A stretch of DNA of 64,000 nt. It comes from Anthoceros angustus. Taxonomy: Eukaryota; Plantae; Anthocerotophyta. This document shows, one piece after another, positions 25,031-40,738 of the stretch. Each line of letters begins with the position of its first letter. Position 1 is the first letter of the stretch. Under the pieces are notes generated by a model. That model saw only the letters and a list, made by a program, of their open reading frames with translations, was not told where the DNA came from and did not search any database. Where the stretch lies: positions 62,001-126,000 of the forward strand of contig MU008193.1 in NCBI GenBank assembly GCA_010909165.1, written 5' to 3'. The position numbers were made by a program, and so were the translations under genes.

Positions 25031-26224
25031 GTTCGGTGGTGGTCGGATCGACCCTCTACACCAAGGAGATTCCGTCTCAATCCGTCTTGCTTGCATTTTG
25101 TGTGTCGGACTGTTAAACATGTTTTACACTTTTACACCCTATGTCTGGATGCGGTAACCCTTGTTGGGTTTGGCATGGCCCGGGTTGCCCTTGTTGGGTC
25201 TAGCGTGACTCGGGTTGCCGGTGGCATACAAAGGTATATACATATCATATGGCGGGTTGTGAGGGTATGGACTACATGGTCATGCCCGCCTGAGGGAGTC
25301 TAATCATGTGGGCCCCACACCTAGCCACCGATTCTCGTGTGAAGCGGTGGGTGGGCCCCACACGGTGGCCACGACCCCAAGCCACATGTATCCTCTATGC
25401 TACGAGGAGCTGTGGATGTGCCACTCTAACATGCTAAAGGCCACAACGATTCCATCTATCGCATCCAAAGCTACCTTGCAGATTTTGAAGTCCTTTTCGA
25501 GCTCAACGATCGTGGTCGTAGGTATTTAGATTGAACTTCGTATTGTGCGAGTGCCTTTCTAAAGCTTGAAGCACACTATTTTAAACACACTCACTTTGAT
25601 GGTTGGACCTAGGATCCCTAATGATTGCAGGGAGCCTGCGCAATCGAAGCGCCCGGAAAGCTTGGGGGACTTTAAGTTGTGGATGGTCAATTTTCACAAC
25701 TTGAAGTCCCTCAAGCTTTACGGGCACCGGGCACTTCGACCGCGTAGGCTCGCAGCAATCGTTAGAATCCTAGGGTCAACCTTCAAAGTGAGTGCACTTA
25801 AAATAATACGCTTCCAGCTTCAGGCACTCTCACAATATGAAGTCCAAACCAAATACCTGCAACCATGGTCCCTGAGCTCGAAAAGGACTTCGAAATCCGC
25901 AGGGTAGTTCTAGATGTGGCAAATGAGATCGTTGTGGCCTTCAGCGTGTTGCGGTAGCACATCCAACTCCTTGTAGCATGAGGATGCATGGATTTCTTGG
26001 GGGCATAAGACCTGTAAAAGAGCTCAGACCACACGTTAGGATCTGGTGAGCGTGGAACCCTCCTCCACTGGCGACCTGCACATGTTGTGGCTGCGGCGCC
26101 TGCCATCCTGGCCACATCCCCCGCAATATTTGAACCACACCCCACTGTCCGCCCGGCAACCTGACTGGTTGGAGAGGTCGCCCCCAATCGGCCACCCCAA
26201 CCTGTAGCCCCGCTACAACCTGCT

Positions 26225-26600
26225 GACCCAACCCACAGCCCCGATTGCCCGCTCCAACCCGCAGCCCCAACTGTCCATCCCGCTCCAACCCGCAGCCCTG
26301 ACTGTCCATCCCGCTCCAACCCGCAGCCCCAACTGTCCATCCCGCTCCAACCTCTTGGTCCAGTCACCTTGCTCCAACCTCTTGGTCCAGTGATCACGCC
26401 TTATCAGTCCGCTCCAACCCTTGACCATGGTCACCTTGCTCCAACCTCTTGGTCAGTGATCCTTGTTGTCAGTCCGCTCCAACCCGCAGCCTTGGATCCC
26501 GGTCCCGCTCCAACCCAATGTCCTCCTGCTCCAACCCCGTCATCCATCCCGCTCCAACCCGCAGCCTTGGTATGCTCCAATCTCCCGGTCCAGCGTCCCG
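26225..26600 (+). repeat. Minisatellite built on CGCTCCAACCCGCAGCCC (~36-bp higher-order unit)
   Basis: More than 10 GCTCCAACC cores are visible. Confidence 0.85.
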
Positions 26601-27481
26601 CCCCAACTACGTGAGCTTGAGGAAGCCGTACCTACGCTCCCCTCACCGCTCCCGCTCACGTTCAGAAAAAAGTATAGTGTGAAAAAATATGCCCCCGTCC
26701 CCTCTGTCCACTTTGGTATGCCATAGGCACCACCTGTCCTACTTAAAATCACATGAATAAAGAGCGCGACCTGTTACACCTTCATATTGAACATAGGCTT
26801 TAAGAAATGCATTATCGTATGTTGCGTTGAGCTCTTCTTCATCATCGTTGGTGTCACTTTCTTCGCATTCTTTGTCCATGAGCAGCTCATTAAAGAGCTG
26901 ACCATTCACCTTATAATAATTTATTGAGGCCATTTATCTTTTCTCCTCTTCTTTTGTGGATGAGATTACGCCAAAAAGATAAGACATAAACGCAACACCC
27001 TCAAAGTAAATCGATTGTTAAAAGTCAAAAGAGGAAGATGAGAGGAGTAGAAGGTGGAACAAGACCACATGACAAAGTTCAACTTGATGAAATTAGGTTG
27101 CAAAGAAGCATTGAGAAGTCCGATAACCTTGTTCATCACTAATGGGTTTGCACATGAGGGAAGGATGTACTCGAACTTTCCTCATATCACACAACATCAC
27201 TCATTGCTCTATCAAAGTTGGCACTTCTCCACAATTCTCCGGACAAGCCAAGCAACATTATGTTCTTCCGGGAATGTCTTTGTAAGAAAATTGCGAAGCA
27301 AAGGTCGACTTAATCCCAACTCCATTCATATGCTCGCATGTACATACAAGCCTCTCACTGGCACTCACGACCCATACCCTTAGGAGGAACAGCGAAGAGA
27401 ACTCCCAGGGGAGAGAGGATGCGGCAGCACGATGCATCGGATGAGCATCGGGGTTTGTGCCACACGAGCGGTGCGGTGAGG

Positions 27482-27620
27482 TCGGCGTTTATTTGCTTAT
27501 GAGGTTAGGCGTTTATTTGCTTACGAGGTTAGGCGTTTATTTGCTTATGAGGTTAGGCGTTTATTTGCCGACGAGGTTTTGGCGATGAGGTTTAGGCGTA
27601 TATTTACGAGGTTTAAGCGA
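27482..27620 (+). repeat. 24-bp tandem repeat GAGGTTAGGCGTTTATTTGCTTA(T/C)
   Basis: About 4 near-perfect copies followed by degenerate copies; no spacers. Confidence 0.9.
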
Positions 27621-28118
27621 CAGGGTACCTGTCCAAGCACCGAGGGTAGACTGTCTACGACTTTGAAGTGGTCAGTTCTTCCCAGTTCCCACCTCGTGGA
27701 GCCTCGATGCCTCCTCTGCATTTCAAGTCTCTCCAGTTTCGAGCCGACTACCCCCAGATTAATGAGTACAACCGTAGGTGAGACTTGCCAGCTCGTGATC
27801 TGCAGCGTGTTCCATCCTAGGAGGCCATGCAAGTTTCTCTTCCTTCAGTCATTTGCAGGGCCTTGCGTTGCCTCGAAACGAATTGCGAACAAGGCTGCTG
27901 CACTGTTATGCTCTGAGCTCATGACCGACTAAACACATGGTCATCCGGCAGCACCCTAAAGCACCACGACAGCCGGTGACCGGATTAGGTCTTCATACTT
28001 ATATAGCACATGCATAGGCTGAAGTACATTTTGCGTCAAAATTGTTTCACCTTGAGTTCCCTTCGTGCAAGAGGGGGAGGTGGCTCGCAGACAAAGTTCA
28101 TGTACAAAAAGGCGGGAT

Positions 28119-30875
<2,757 letters not shown>

Positions 30876-31116
30876 CTTCGCGGGCAACAGCAGCAGCAAC
30901 AGCAGCGTTCGACCGACAAAGAGACAAAGAGGATGGAAATGTCAGCCGAGTGCGATTTAGCGAGCTCTGGATTTTTTAGGGCCTCGTCGAGTTCACTACT
31001 GACTCACTGATATGCCGCCATTGCTTGCTCAGAGATTGAGACGTCTCAATCTCTGAGCGAGCCGAAGGAAGGAGGAAACGCGGTGGGAATCGGGCTCCGA
31101 TCGTGAGCGAGCGACC

Positions 31117-34100
31117 ATGAGCGGGGCCAAGCTCTGCATTCTGCTGGAAGAGCTGGGATACGACGGGTGGCAGGATCTGGATGCGGACAGCTTCGAATGG
31201 CCGTACCAGTACGAGGAAACGCGGCCCCTGCTGGAGTGGCTGTGTGCCAATTTGAGGCCCTCCAATGCGCTGACGGCCGAGGAGGCTCTGCTGTGAGTGC
31301 ATTTGATTTTTGGGCTGTGCAAATTTGTGTCTCTGATCGCTGGATGAGGTGTGATTGTTTGTTGTTGGTTTTTTTCTTGTGTTGGGCAGGTACAATGCGT
31401 TGCAGGCTGAAGGGAAAATGCTGGAGGTTTGTGGGCTGCTGTGCTGGGTGGAAGGATGTTGGTGGATTCGTGGTGCTGTGCTGTGCTGTGCTGGAATCGG
31501 ATGGGGTGGGGGTTTAAGGTGGGCCGGTTTTCTGCAGGGGGAGGAATTGGAGTCTGCGTACGAGAGCATTTCTGCATTTGGTGCCAGGAAGTCCAGTGAA
31601 GAGGACATTTTGGGTGCAGAAGAGACGGTGACGGAGATCAAGTGAGGAGTGATTGAGTGATGTGGCACGGTTGTTCGTTTTAGGATTGTGGGACTGTTGG
31701 CATTGATGCTTGGAGTGGTGTTTATTGGCACGGTGAAGGGAGTCGACAATGGCCTTCAGATCTGAAGCAGCAGTTGTGCAGAGGCAGATACGACAGGTGC
31801 AGGCAAATCTGGACGCTCTCTCTGCTCAGGCAACTTCGTTGATGCAAGGTAGACGCTCAAGGTCAGCTGTGGCATCCAGCAAGAACAGGCACCTGCAAAT
31901 GATTGAAGAGCAGTTAGCAAGTAGGAATCTTGAGGTAGGGGACCGTGGCTTATAGTAAGATTTGCGGAGGTTTTTCGAAGTTTGATGATGCTGGTGTTGT
32001 TTGTCAAAGTATTCTTACCTTGTCTTTTTGCCTCGCTGCGATTCCTCATGTCAGATGAACACGGTTCTGGAAAGGTTGACGGACTGTGTCCAGCAAATTG
32101 CTCACTATCAGTCGGGGCAAGGTACTGTCGTTCCTCTGAGATTGATCAGCTTTTCTGTCAGTTGCCTGTTTGGAATGATTGACTTTTACTCAAGTGATTC
32201 ATGGGTGCTTCCAGAGGAGGGCGTTTACTTGAACTTCACTGATTTTAGCCCCTACACGCAACAAGAACTGGTCTGCACAAGTGACTTGAGCAAGTGGTTC
32301 ACGAAGCAGTTCGACATGGTAAGTGCATCAGTCTCCCTATCCAGGCAGCATTGCACCCTCAAGGGCAAGTACATTTTCCTAGAATTTGTGCTATGTCGTT
32401 CTCTGGTCGACTAGGCTCAATTTCTGATTGATCATGGGGGTTTGGCCTCAGGGTTCAGCACAGTTTATAGCAGAAGAAGGAAAATCAATTCTGTCATGGA
32501 TCTCCGTGGATGATGTGACAACCTCGACACCCCTTGGTGTGTCCTCATTTCCCCATTGTGTAGCTTGAGGCCCTTTCATCCTTGATTTCAGTCGTAGTGG
32601 ATTCTTGTCTGTAAAATATGGGAACATGTTCAAAGGTGTTCAGATCTCTCACAATCTCAGGCGAATTGGAACAAAATTACAATATCCGAGTTTCAGAGCT
32701 TCAACGCCTTCGCACCATGTGAGTCACATAAGCTGATGTCAGATGGCCTATTAAGTTTATCTCCCTACATGCATGTTTCTTACCTGACAAAGTATTTGTT
32801 TCAACTACTTACTTGCTTCTTAACAGTTTCGGGGTTAGCGAAAGGCAATGGGTGGAGGCACAAGCTGAGAATGCCAAGCAACAGGCAATGCTGGCTACAG
32901 TGAAAATGCAAGCCTCTGCAGATAGCACGGACTCCTTTTCGGATTCCTACTCACAGAGGTTCGATCCCATTCTAGTCCCATGCACATTTTGCTCAGGTGA
33001 TGTTCCGAAGGTGTGCTCAGTGTGTAGGCCTTTGTCATGTGAATGCTTTCTTCGTGAAAGTGTGGCGCACCTGTATGAATCTCCTTGTGGCTTTGCAGCT
33101 GCAGGCAAAAGCATGCAGATCTTGTGAATGAGCTGCACCCACTGGCGCAACAGGAAGAGAAGCTTCTGACTGAAGTACATCATGTTCATCTTTCAGTGAA
33201 AAGCATCTTGTTGGCTCAAGTTATTCTTGAATCTTGCGAGTAACAGATCATCGCTTTGGCCAACAGGTTGTGCCATCACTTTGCTGGGAGCTTGCGCAGC
33301 TTCAAGATACATACATTTTACAAGGTGTGGTTAAGCAGTTTTCTGATATTCGGGGAAAATTTCAGCTTACATTGCGTCAGACATTTCTGAAGGAGTGCCG
33401 CTCACTGCTGTTCCATGTCTGCTAGGTGATTACGACCTCAAAGTAAAACAACAGGAAAGCTATGTTGCTCAGCAGAAAAAGGTAGGGTGCTGACTTTGAA
33501 CAATCGTTTCAGTACTGTTTCAGTTACATGGTTTCTCTGTATGCAAGTCACGGTCAGAATTTGGGATCTTCAAGTGAGCTTGCTAACTCTCCAGCTCATG
33601 TTTCAGTTTATAGGCCATTTGGTCGACCAGCTTGCTCGACACATATTTCTCAAAACCACATGTGATGTGGAGCGCAAGGAGATGAATGGAGTGTATGAAC
33701 TGTTGAGGGTTCTAGAAACAGAGGTTGATGCCTTCACGGAGGCAACCTTGGCAAGGATTGTAAGCTATGAGTCGTGACACAAGCAAAATCTCTGACTTGC
33801 TTTGTTTCTGGTGCCCTACTCAGACAACTCTGGAGGGCTAGAGCCTCGGCCACGCTACTTAACACTCTCTCTTCCTCACAGGATAGGTGCAATGCATTGA
33901 TTCATTCTGCAGCTGAAGCTAAGGAGCTTGGTGCTGTAGATGATAGGGATACGCTTCTCCATCGTGTCAGAGACATTCTGAATCTTCAATCTTGTAAGTG
34001 TGGTGTGACTTATCAAGCCCAGCTAACTCTCTCGAATGACTGGATATCTAACCCTCTGTCCTGCAGATGACCAAGGAGCTTCACCGATGTACGTGTCTGC

Positions 34101-34748
34101 ACCAGGCCTTGCTCAGCAAATCAACAACCTTCACACTCAGTTGCAGTCATCACAGCTAGAAGTTGGCACCACATTGGCGGAAGACAAAGCCAAATGTCTC
34201 AACGACCTGTAAGCTAACTGGTCATCAGCTGAAAGTTGTGCCCTGTGTGCATGCCTGCGTACATTCCATGAGTTTGCCTTGTCCACTTCCAGGTACGACG
34301 TCATCAGAAAGATGCAACAGTTGCTGTTCGCGTCCTCGGCTACTGCGCAACCTATTCTGAGTCCTTGGGTATGTGTTGAAATCGGCCATGCTTTCTCCAC
34401 AGTCAGCTTATTCTTTCCCCTATCACTAACGCCCTGATTCCATCTTCAGCCTCTGATGAAGGAGCTGATGGAAATGGAGAAGGTGAACTCCCAGCTTTCC
34501 GCAGCGATTGAGGAGGTCACTCGTGTGCACCGCGAAAAAGCTGAGGTGAGCTTGCGAAACCTGATATTGATTGTCCTCACGGGGGTTTCAAGTCCTCACT
34601 CTCTCTTGGCATGTAGATTGTGAAACATCACCCCCGTGAAGTGGGTCGAGAGAGGCAAGTTTTCGTCGATTTCTTCTGTGCACCAGACCGGCTGCGCAGT
34701 CAAGTTCGAGAGTTATCTGCCCGAGTGAAGGCAATGCAAGGGTCGTAA
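31117..34748 (+). CDS. AUG3: Augmin/HAUS complex subunit 3, multi-exon
   Basis: [15 protein letters not shown]...DSFEWPYQY...[45 protein letters not shown], ending [24 protein letters not shown]-stop. Confidence 0.93.
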
Positions 34749-35333
34749 CCACCCAGTGTCTCGCCAGAGAAGCAGTCATCATTGGGCTGATCTGGAGCAA
34801 CTCTTTTCATTCACCGTCTCACCTTAGGGGGAATGACACCCAGCTTGGGTTGTACAAGGTAGAGAGTTCACTTACAAAAGCGCTGCCAGAAGGCATTTGC
34901 TAAAATGGCACGATACTCTATATCGCAACACGGCGGGGAGGTCAGGTTCGCTTTGCAGTTCCATGGCTGCTGGTGGCTGCTGACTTCCCTCTCCACCTGT
35001 AATCAACTCTGGCCTGAGCGAGCAAGAAGCAGCCCTCCTCACGCTGGAAAGCTCATCACGAGACTTACAGAGAGCAGAGCAAGCCCCGGTAACATTAGAA
35101 CTACGCGTGCCTGCCCACAGGTCTCACCCTCACCGTCACCTTCGAATGTGGTTAAGTAGAGAAGCTCTTTCCCCCCACAACAAGGTATGCTTCTCTGGAG
35201 CCGTGCACCTACGCATTTCGCTAACACCACAAGACTCTAGAGACGGAAACCGCGGCTTCCGATCATCAAAATTCACGATCCTGTAGGGAACGGAGAGCGA
35301 ACAAATTTGCAGACAAGTAAAACTAAACACTAC

Positions 35334-36651
35334 CTACTCAGACTTTACTTCAGCTGTTACTTCAGCTTTTACTTCAGTTTTTACTTCAGCCGTAGCCACA
35401 GGTGCACTTGCCTTCTCAGCTTTCTCCGCCTCCCGCTCTGCCTGCTTCTTCTTCTCCCTGAGGCACCAGGCAACCTTCAGAACACACGGCCACACGGCTT
35501 TCTTTGCATCTCAAAACAAACAGAAGCCAGTTGCGTCAACAAACCTGTCAATGTACTCTTTCAAAAGCTCCTTCCCTTGCACTAATTTCGAAAGGAGATT
35601 CCTATACACGTCAAGGTCTCTGTCCACGCTTATCTTACTCACATTCAAAGCCCTACACAACTGCAAAACAAAGCAAGCCATGAGGAAATCACTCAACACA
35701 GCAGCCGCAGCCGCAGCCGCAGCTCAGGCCACAACCTTTCTTTCTCACCTGCTCCAACACGGCCGGATCCGACGCCTTCGCAACCTCCAGCAGCCGGAAC
35801 AAGCCAATGGCGAAAAAGCGGCTGTAATGGAAAGTCCCTTTGCTGCTGGCCCGCTCGGAGATATCCTTCAAGGAAGCTACGATTTCTCCCTCCTGTTCCG
35901 CAAACGCAACAAGTGACGCCGAGGTCTGAGCGGACGCCCACTCCTCCAGCTTCTTCGCGTCGCTCCTGCACCGTGACGGCTACCGGATCTGAGGCAAGGA
36001 CTGATATTATACGGACTCCATCCAGCAGCACACATTCAGTGCTGCCCTTACCTGTACTGCTCAGGATCCTCCTTAAGCGCGGAAATGTAAGCCCGGAAAA
36101 TGGCGTCCCGGTCCTGAGCATTCGGGTACCCGTCCATGAGCTGGTCGTACACCGTCACATATCCCAGCGCGAACACAGGATCATACTGGTAAGTGCTGTT
36201 GTAGCGCATGAGGTGCTGCTGCACCAGCAGGTCCTGGATCACGTTGCTGTAGATGCTCGGGATAGGCTTCCTGTAGCCATTCAGGAACGCCGATTTGGTG
36301 GCGGCCACGGTCGGCACTTCTGCGCACGCCTCAACGCAGCTGCACGAAGTCAGAAACCTAGCACTGTCTCACAGCCGCGCGAAGCCAAGCCAGCCGTCAC
36401 GAAACGCTCACAGTCCCTCTCAATGCGAGCAAGGGCGTACCAGCAGCGGAGGCGGCCACGCAGCGGACGGAGGCCCGGGGGGCGGAGATGGCGGGGAGCG
36501 AGCACGCCCGGAGCTGGTCCAGGCCGGGGCAGATGCGCCAGGTCGAGCGGAGAGACGAGGAGGAGGAGGAGGCGGCAGTGCCGGCGTCAGAGGTGAGCGC
36601 TGCCGCTGCGGGCGTGACGCGCGCAGCGCAGAAGGAGGCGAGGGCGGCCAT
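35334..36651 (-). CDS. THF1: Thylakoid formation 1 (Psb29), chloroplast
   Basis: Transit peptide, then PTVAATKSAFLNGYRKPIPSIYSNVIQDLLVQQHLMRY, YSRFFAIGLFRLLE, VDRDLDVYRNLLSKLVQGKELLKEY; last exon EKKKQAE...EVKSE-stop. Confidence 0.96.
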
Positions 36652-37689
36652 GGCCGGACCGGTGCTGGAGACGCAGCGCACCGGCTTCCTGGAAGCGGAA
36701 GGCAATGCGATGAAGCAAGCTGTGACAGCCACCACTCGCTTAGCCTTGCGGAAGCCCCATCGTATGGTATGCTGGTTCCTGCCCAGGTGGCACTTTTATC
36801 CACTTCATGTAGCTCCTCTAGGGATCTCATGCCAAGTGCACCTCTCTCTCTTAGCTTTCCGGAATCGTGTTCCTCATCATCGTAATTCCCCATCTTCCCT
36901 TTCATGACTAAAAGGACTTTTCCCTTCCCCTTCCCCTCGTAACCACAAATATTGAAAGGCCAAGCAATATAGGTACCCGGCAGAGCGTGCTGTCGTGTGG
37001 GCACTACAGAAGAAGGTCTATCAGAGTCCACTTGGATGGAATTTTTCCAATCGTGGGATTTGATACTTAACATTTTGTACCATGGTGTGCATAAGCTACA
37101 AGCCCCAATGGCATCCACTTCCTTTTAGGCACTCCATTTAAGTAGCAATGGAAGTGCAGATGCTTAACAGCCATATTCTTATAAAGGTGTGTCCATTTGG
37201 ACACTCATTTAGACAAGGTCCCGTAAAGGAAGGAAGCGTAAAACAAAAAAAGGGCTCGTAAAAGCGCCTTGTCCATGGGAGGCTCGCTCGCTCCCCGCTG
37301 GCCCATATAAGTGAGGGTGAAAAGAAGAGAGGGTCAAATTTTCACTTATAAGAGATAATCCCCCATATCTGATTTTTGATAATAACCAAAATTCAGAACA
37401 TGTGGATAAAATTAATTGCAAGTTAGAAATAACAAAAGGCTATAAATGAAGAGCTTCATCTCTTTAATCAGATTAAACAAACCAACATTAAGTAACTTGT
37501 ATACCAATCCAAATATATATCAAAGAATGGAGAAAAAAGAAGTCCTCCATAATTTCCTGCATACCAAGATGGGCACCGAAATCAAATAACGAATTAAAAA
37601 TAAGTCATATTTCCAACGGAGGGATCGCCCAACTCCAATGATGATCTACAAAAAAAAAAAAAAAAATCAAACAATGATTAACATAAGAA

Positions 37690-37757
37690 AATCCAAAATA
37701 GAAATAGAAATAAAATAAAATAAAATAAAATAAAATAAAATAAAATAAATAAAAATA
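37690..37757 (+). repeat. (TAAAA)n microsatellite, with a poly-A run at ~37649-37666
   Basis: Directly visible in the sequence. Confidence 0.9.
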
Positions 37758-38342
37758 GAAGACGCATAGACGCTAGCGTACTTGTGCAACATCCTCATAG
37801 GTCACCAACAGTTTGGGCAGTGGTTCCCTTGTGTCAGTATTCCTAGATGCTCTGGCTTCCTTGTGCCTTACTCGGGAACTCGTGCAGCTTGAGGTGCTTC
37901 CCAACAATCCAAGAAGTTGGCTGCATGCAACCCGAGAAGTGGACAGGTTGACGAGCTGCATGAGAAGTGACCAGGTAGAGGTGCTTCCTAGTAAACCACG
38001 AAATTCTCCAATTCAAGATATGTCATGCCTCCTCTTGCATACTCATGTTGCTCAAGATTGTCCAATTCTACCATGCAATTGCCGTCACTCTTCTTTCAAA
38101 ACCATGCACACTAAACCAAGGCAAGAGATTGGTGGAAGTCGAGAGGCGGAGGGTTCAGTTTTCTCTCAGCAGACAAACGACCAAGATAGCCAAGCTCGCC
38201 ACCATGGATCACGAGCTATGGTGTCTTTAATTGAAACAGCGTGGAGATTTGCTCATCAAAACAAATCTATTTATGATTAATCGAGACCCAGCTAGTTACT
38301 TAGGTTATCATGACATTTTTTGTGGTGTGGGCTTCTCATTGC

Positions 38343-38620
38343 TCATGTCTCTCGGGATCGAGGGCGACGGCGAGCAATATGAATGAGAGATTCCACCTCA
38401 AACTCTGGCTGGTTTTCAATGAGTTTTGGGGGAGGACAGAAGGTTAGAGTGTCACGATATGGTTTAAGCAAAGGGGTATGAAAAACATCATAAACTTGCC
38501 AGGCCGGGGGAGGGGCTAATTTGTAAGCAGCCGGGTTAATACCAGTAGAGACAAAAAAGGAACCAACCCATTTGTAACTAAGCTTGGCTACACCACGAAC
38601 AAGAGGCTGATAAAATGACC
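38343..38620 (-). mobile_element. Chromovirus (Ty3/gypsy) integrase C-terminus and chromodomain-start relic
   Basis: KLSYKWVGSF...AYKLAPPPAWQVYDVFHTPLLKPY...PPPKLIENQPEFEVESL. Confidence 0.8.
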
Positions 38621-38999
38621 CAGTCTCTGTCGTGAAAATTCTGCAATCGCTGTCATGTATCATGGACCTGTTTTTTGTCGATTTTTAGTCACTAAGATCA
38701 AAAACTGTAAAAACGAGCAAGACTCGACAATGAATGCAATTCCAACGGCATCCTCAAGAATAAAACACAAGCATGAGGACTTGAAGGTGAAAAGCCCAAT
38801 AAGGATCTCGTTTTAGAAAAATTCTTCATAGTGGTATTTAAGATATTCAGGATTTTTAGAACTGGTGAAAGCCCTTTTCCGATTGCATAACCTATCTCAC
38901 CTTAGTCCGATCATCTCATCTGCATAGATTGTCACGCGAGGGAAACCAACGGTCAGACCTTTCTTTCCCACAATAAGAGCATGAACACGGCTATGGCAT

Positions 39000-39400
39000 C
39001 CCGTTTGGGACTCTCCAAAAGTTATATCTTTTTGTTTCTGGGTTCCAGCTCAGCCATGCGCATGAGCAAGGCAGCAAGATGTGGATGCCACCATGCTGCA
39101 GGGGGTCCAGGTGGACTGCCAATTGCGAGACTCTTGATGTCCGAGATCGGGCAGCAGCTGCTGGAATGCGGGCACTTCTGGAAGGACCCGCTGTATCAGT
39201 CCGGCAATCGGCGCATGAGACCAAGCGTAGAGTCCTGTCCATTCCCATGTTCCTCAACGGAGATGTGCAAGTGGAGGAAAAAGCTTGGTTGCATCCGGTG
39301 CTGAGTCGTCCAAGTGCTCTACACTGCGCAGGGCTGATGGACATCGAGCTCTCCACTGCTGTGCAGGCTTGTGCCCGTTTGGAGTAGATGCTGTCCCCGC
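39000..39400 (+). pseudogene. Possible heavily degraded PLS-PPR fragment
   Basis: ADGH...TAVQACARL at ~39333-39385 resembles the PDGHVLVAALQACS motif of the PPR relic at 40739-41235. The rest is unalignable by eye. Confidence 0.35.
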
Positions 39401-39587
39401 AATGTGGTCCTGTGTTTCCAGACCAACCGTGGGTGTCTATTGTCTACTGTCTCCTGCCAGATGGGTTGCTTGTCCTGGTTGGCTTACGTTTTGTGAATTG
39501 TCCTCGACAGAAAAGCAAGTTGGGAGCCTGCTAGCGGCTGCAGAGGCCATTCTGGCCATGGAGGAACTGCGTACCTTTATGGTAGGT

Positions 39588-40092
39588 CTTTTCCATCAGA
39601 AAGTACACCGTCAAGTCTCTGCTTTGGCAGATCCTGAATGGCCTCAATTATGTGCACGGGTTGCTGGACGCAGTTGCTCTACGGTTGAGCCTTGTCTGCT
39701 GTCTTGTGCTGAGTGGAATGCTCCTTTTGTGAGGTGTCTGTGCTAGTCCCACATCATTCTCCCTTTGGTGCAGCAATCGGATTCTTCCTTTGGTGCAGCC
39801 GTCAAATATCCTGATTGGTAAAACTATGATATCAGACAAATCCTTGAGAACTAGATCACAGCTGTTATTTTGAATGGGCCTCTGTGTCTGTGCCTGAAAG
39901 CGTTGCCTACTCTAGGAGCTCACAGGTGACGGGTGGAGGGGAAGAACAAGGCGTCGTGAAAATTGGTGATTGTGGGCTAGCACGGATATACCAAGGTCCA
40001 CTCAAGCCCCTCAGCGAGAATGGGGTACGATCCTTTTGTCTCATCAAAATTCCTTATGGCATGCTTCTTGAAAATGCCGGAGGCAGTTTCAA
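39588..40092 (+). pseudogene. Partial duplicate of CDKE1 (source 41894-42397, introns included)
   Basis: Alignable over ~500 bp. The HRDLK catalytic loop is destroyed and DFG has become DCG. Confidence 0.9.
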
Positions 40093-40738
40093 CTTAGGAC
40101 ATTTAGCACCCAGCTTGGGTTTTACAGAGTAGAGAGATCACTTGCAAAAGCTCTGCCAAAAGGCAGTTGCCAACATGGAACAATGCTCTACATGGAAACA
40201 CGGCGGGGAGGTCAGGTTCGCTCTACAGTTCCATGGCTGCCGGCTTGCCTCTCCACCTGTCATCAACTCTGGCTTGAGCGAGAAAAGAAGCAGCCCTCCT
40301 CACGCAGGAAAGCTCATCACGAGACTAACAGAGAGCAAAGCAAGCTCCAGTAACATTAGAACTAAGTGTGCCTGCCCACAGGTCTCACCTTTACCGTCAA
40401 CTTCGAATGTGGTTACGTAGAGATGCTCTTTCCCCCCACAACAAGGTATCCTTCTCTGGAGCCCGGCACCTATGCATTTCACTAACACCACAAGACTCTA
40501 TAGACGGAAGCCGCAGCTTCCGATCACCAAAATTCACGATCCTGTAGGGAACGGAGAGACTACCTACTCAGACTTTACCTCAACTGTTACTTCAGCCGTA
40601 GCCACAGGTGCACTTGCCTTACAGGCTTTCTCCACTTCCTGCTCTGCCTGCTGCTTCTTCTCCCTGAGGCGCCTGCGAGGTCAGTCACCCTTCAGAACTC
40701 ACACACGGCCACACGGCCACACGGCTTTGCATGTCAAA
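40093..40738 (-). pseudogene. Partial duplicate of the THF1 3' end (part of last intron, last exon and 3' flank; source 34823-35517)
   Basis: Alignable over ~650 bp. The last exon reads EKKQQAEQEVEKACKASAPVATAEVTVEVKSE-stop. Confidence 0.9.

Larger units (their letters stand above)
22700..26660 (+). mobile_element. Degenerate Mutator-like element with GC-rich inverted terminal regions
   Basis: An inverted ~110-bp homology links ~22847-22950 and ~26545-26655 and flanks a MULE transposase relic. Exact ends and TSD were not found. Confidence 0.55.

Noticed and set aside
25798-26614. Gly/Trp-rich or Pro-rich repeat proteins
   Set aside because: These are translations of the minisatellite in several frames, with no splice or start context.
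27482-27620. CRISPR-like array (also considered for 55640-55783 and 26225-26600)
   Set aside because: The units are contiguous with no unique spacers, the context is eukaryotic and no cas genes are present; these are minisatellites.
35913-37118. Long overlapping ORFs (227, 196 and 232 aa) around THF1, and similar ones at 30259-30960 and 30976-31749
   Set aside because: These are antisense or alternative frames of GC-rich first exons of THF1, KARI and AUG3, with no independent motifs.
36950-38280. Possible Harbinger or LINE relic, or an LTR next to the chromodomain fragment
   Set aside because: No catalytic motif, LTR pair, PPT or TSD could be established by eye.
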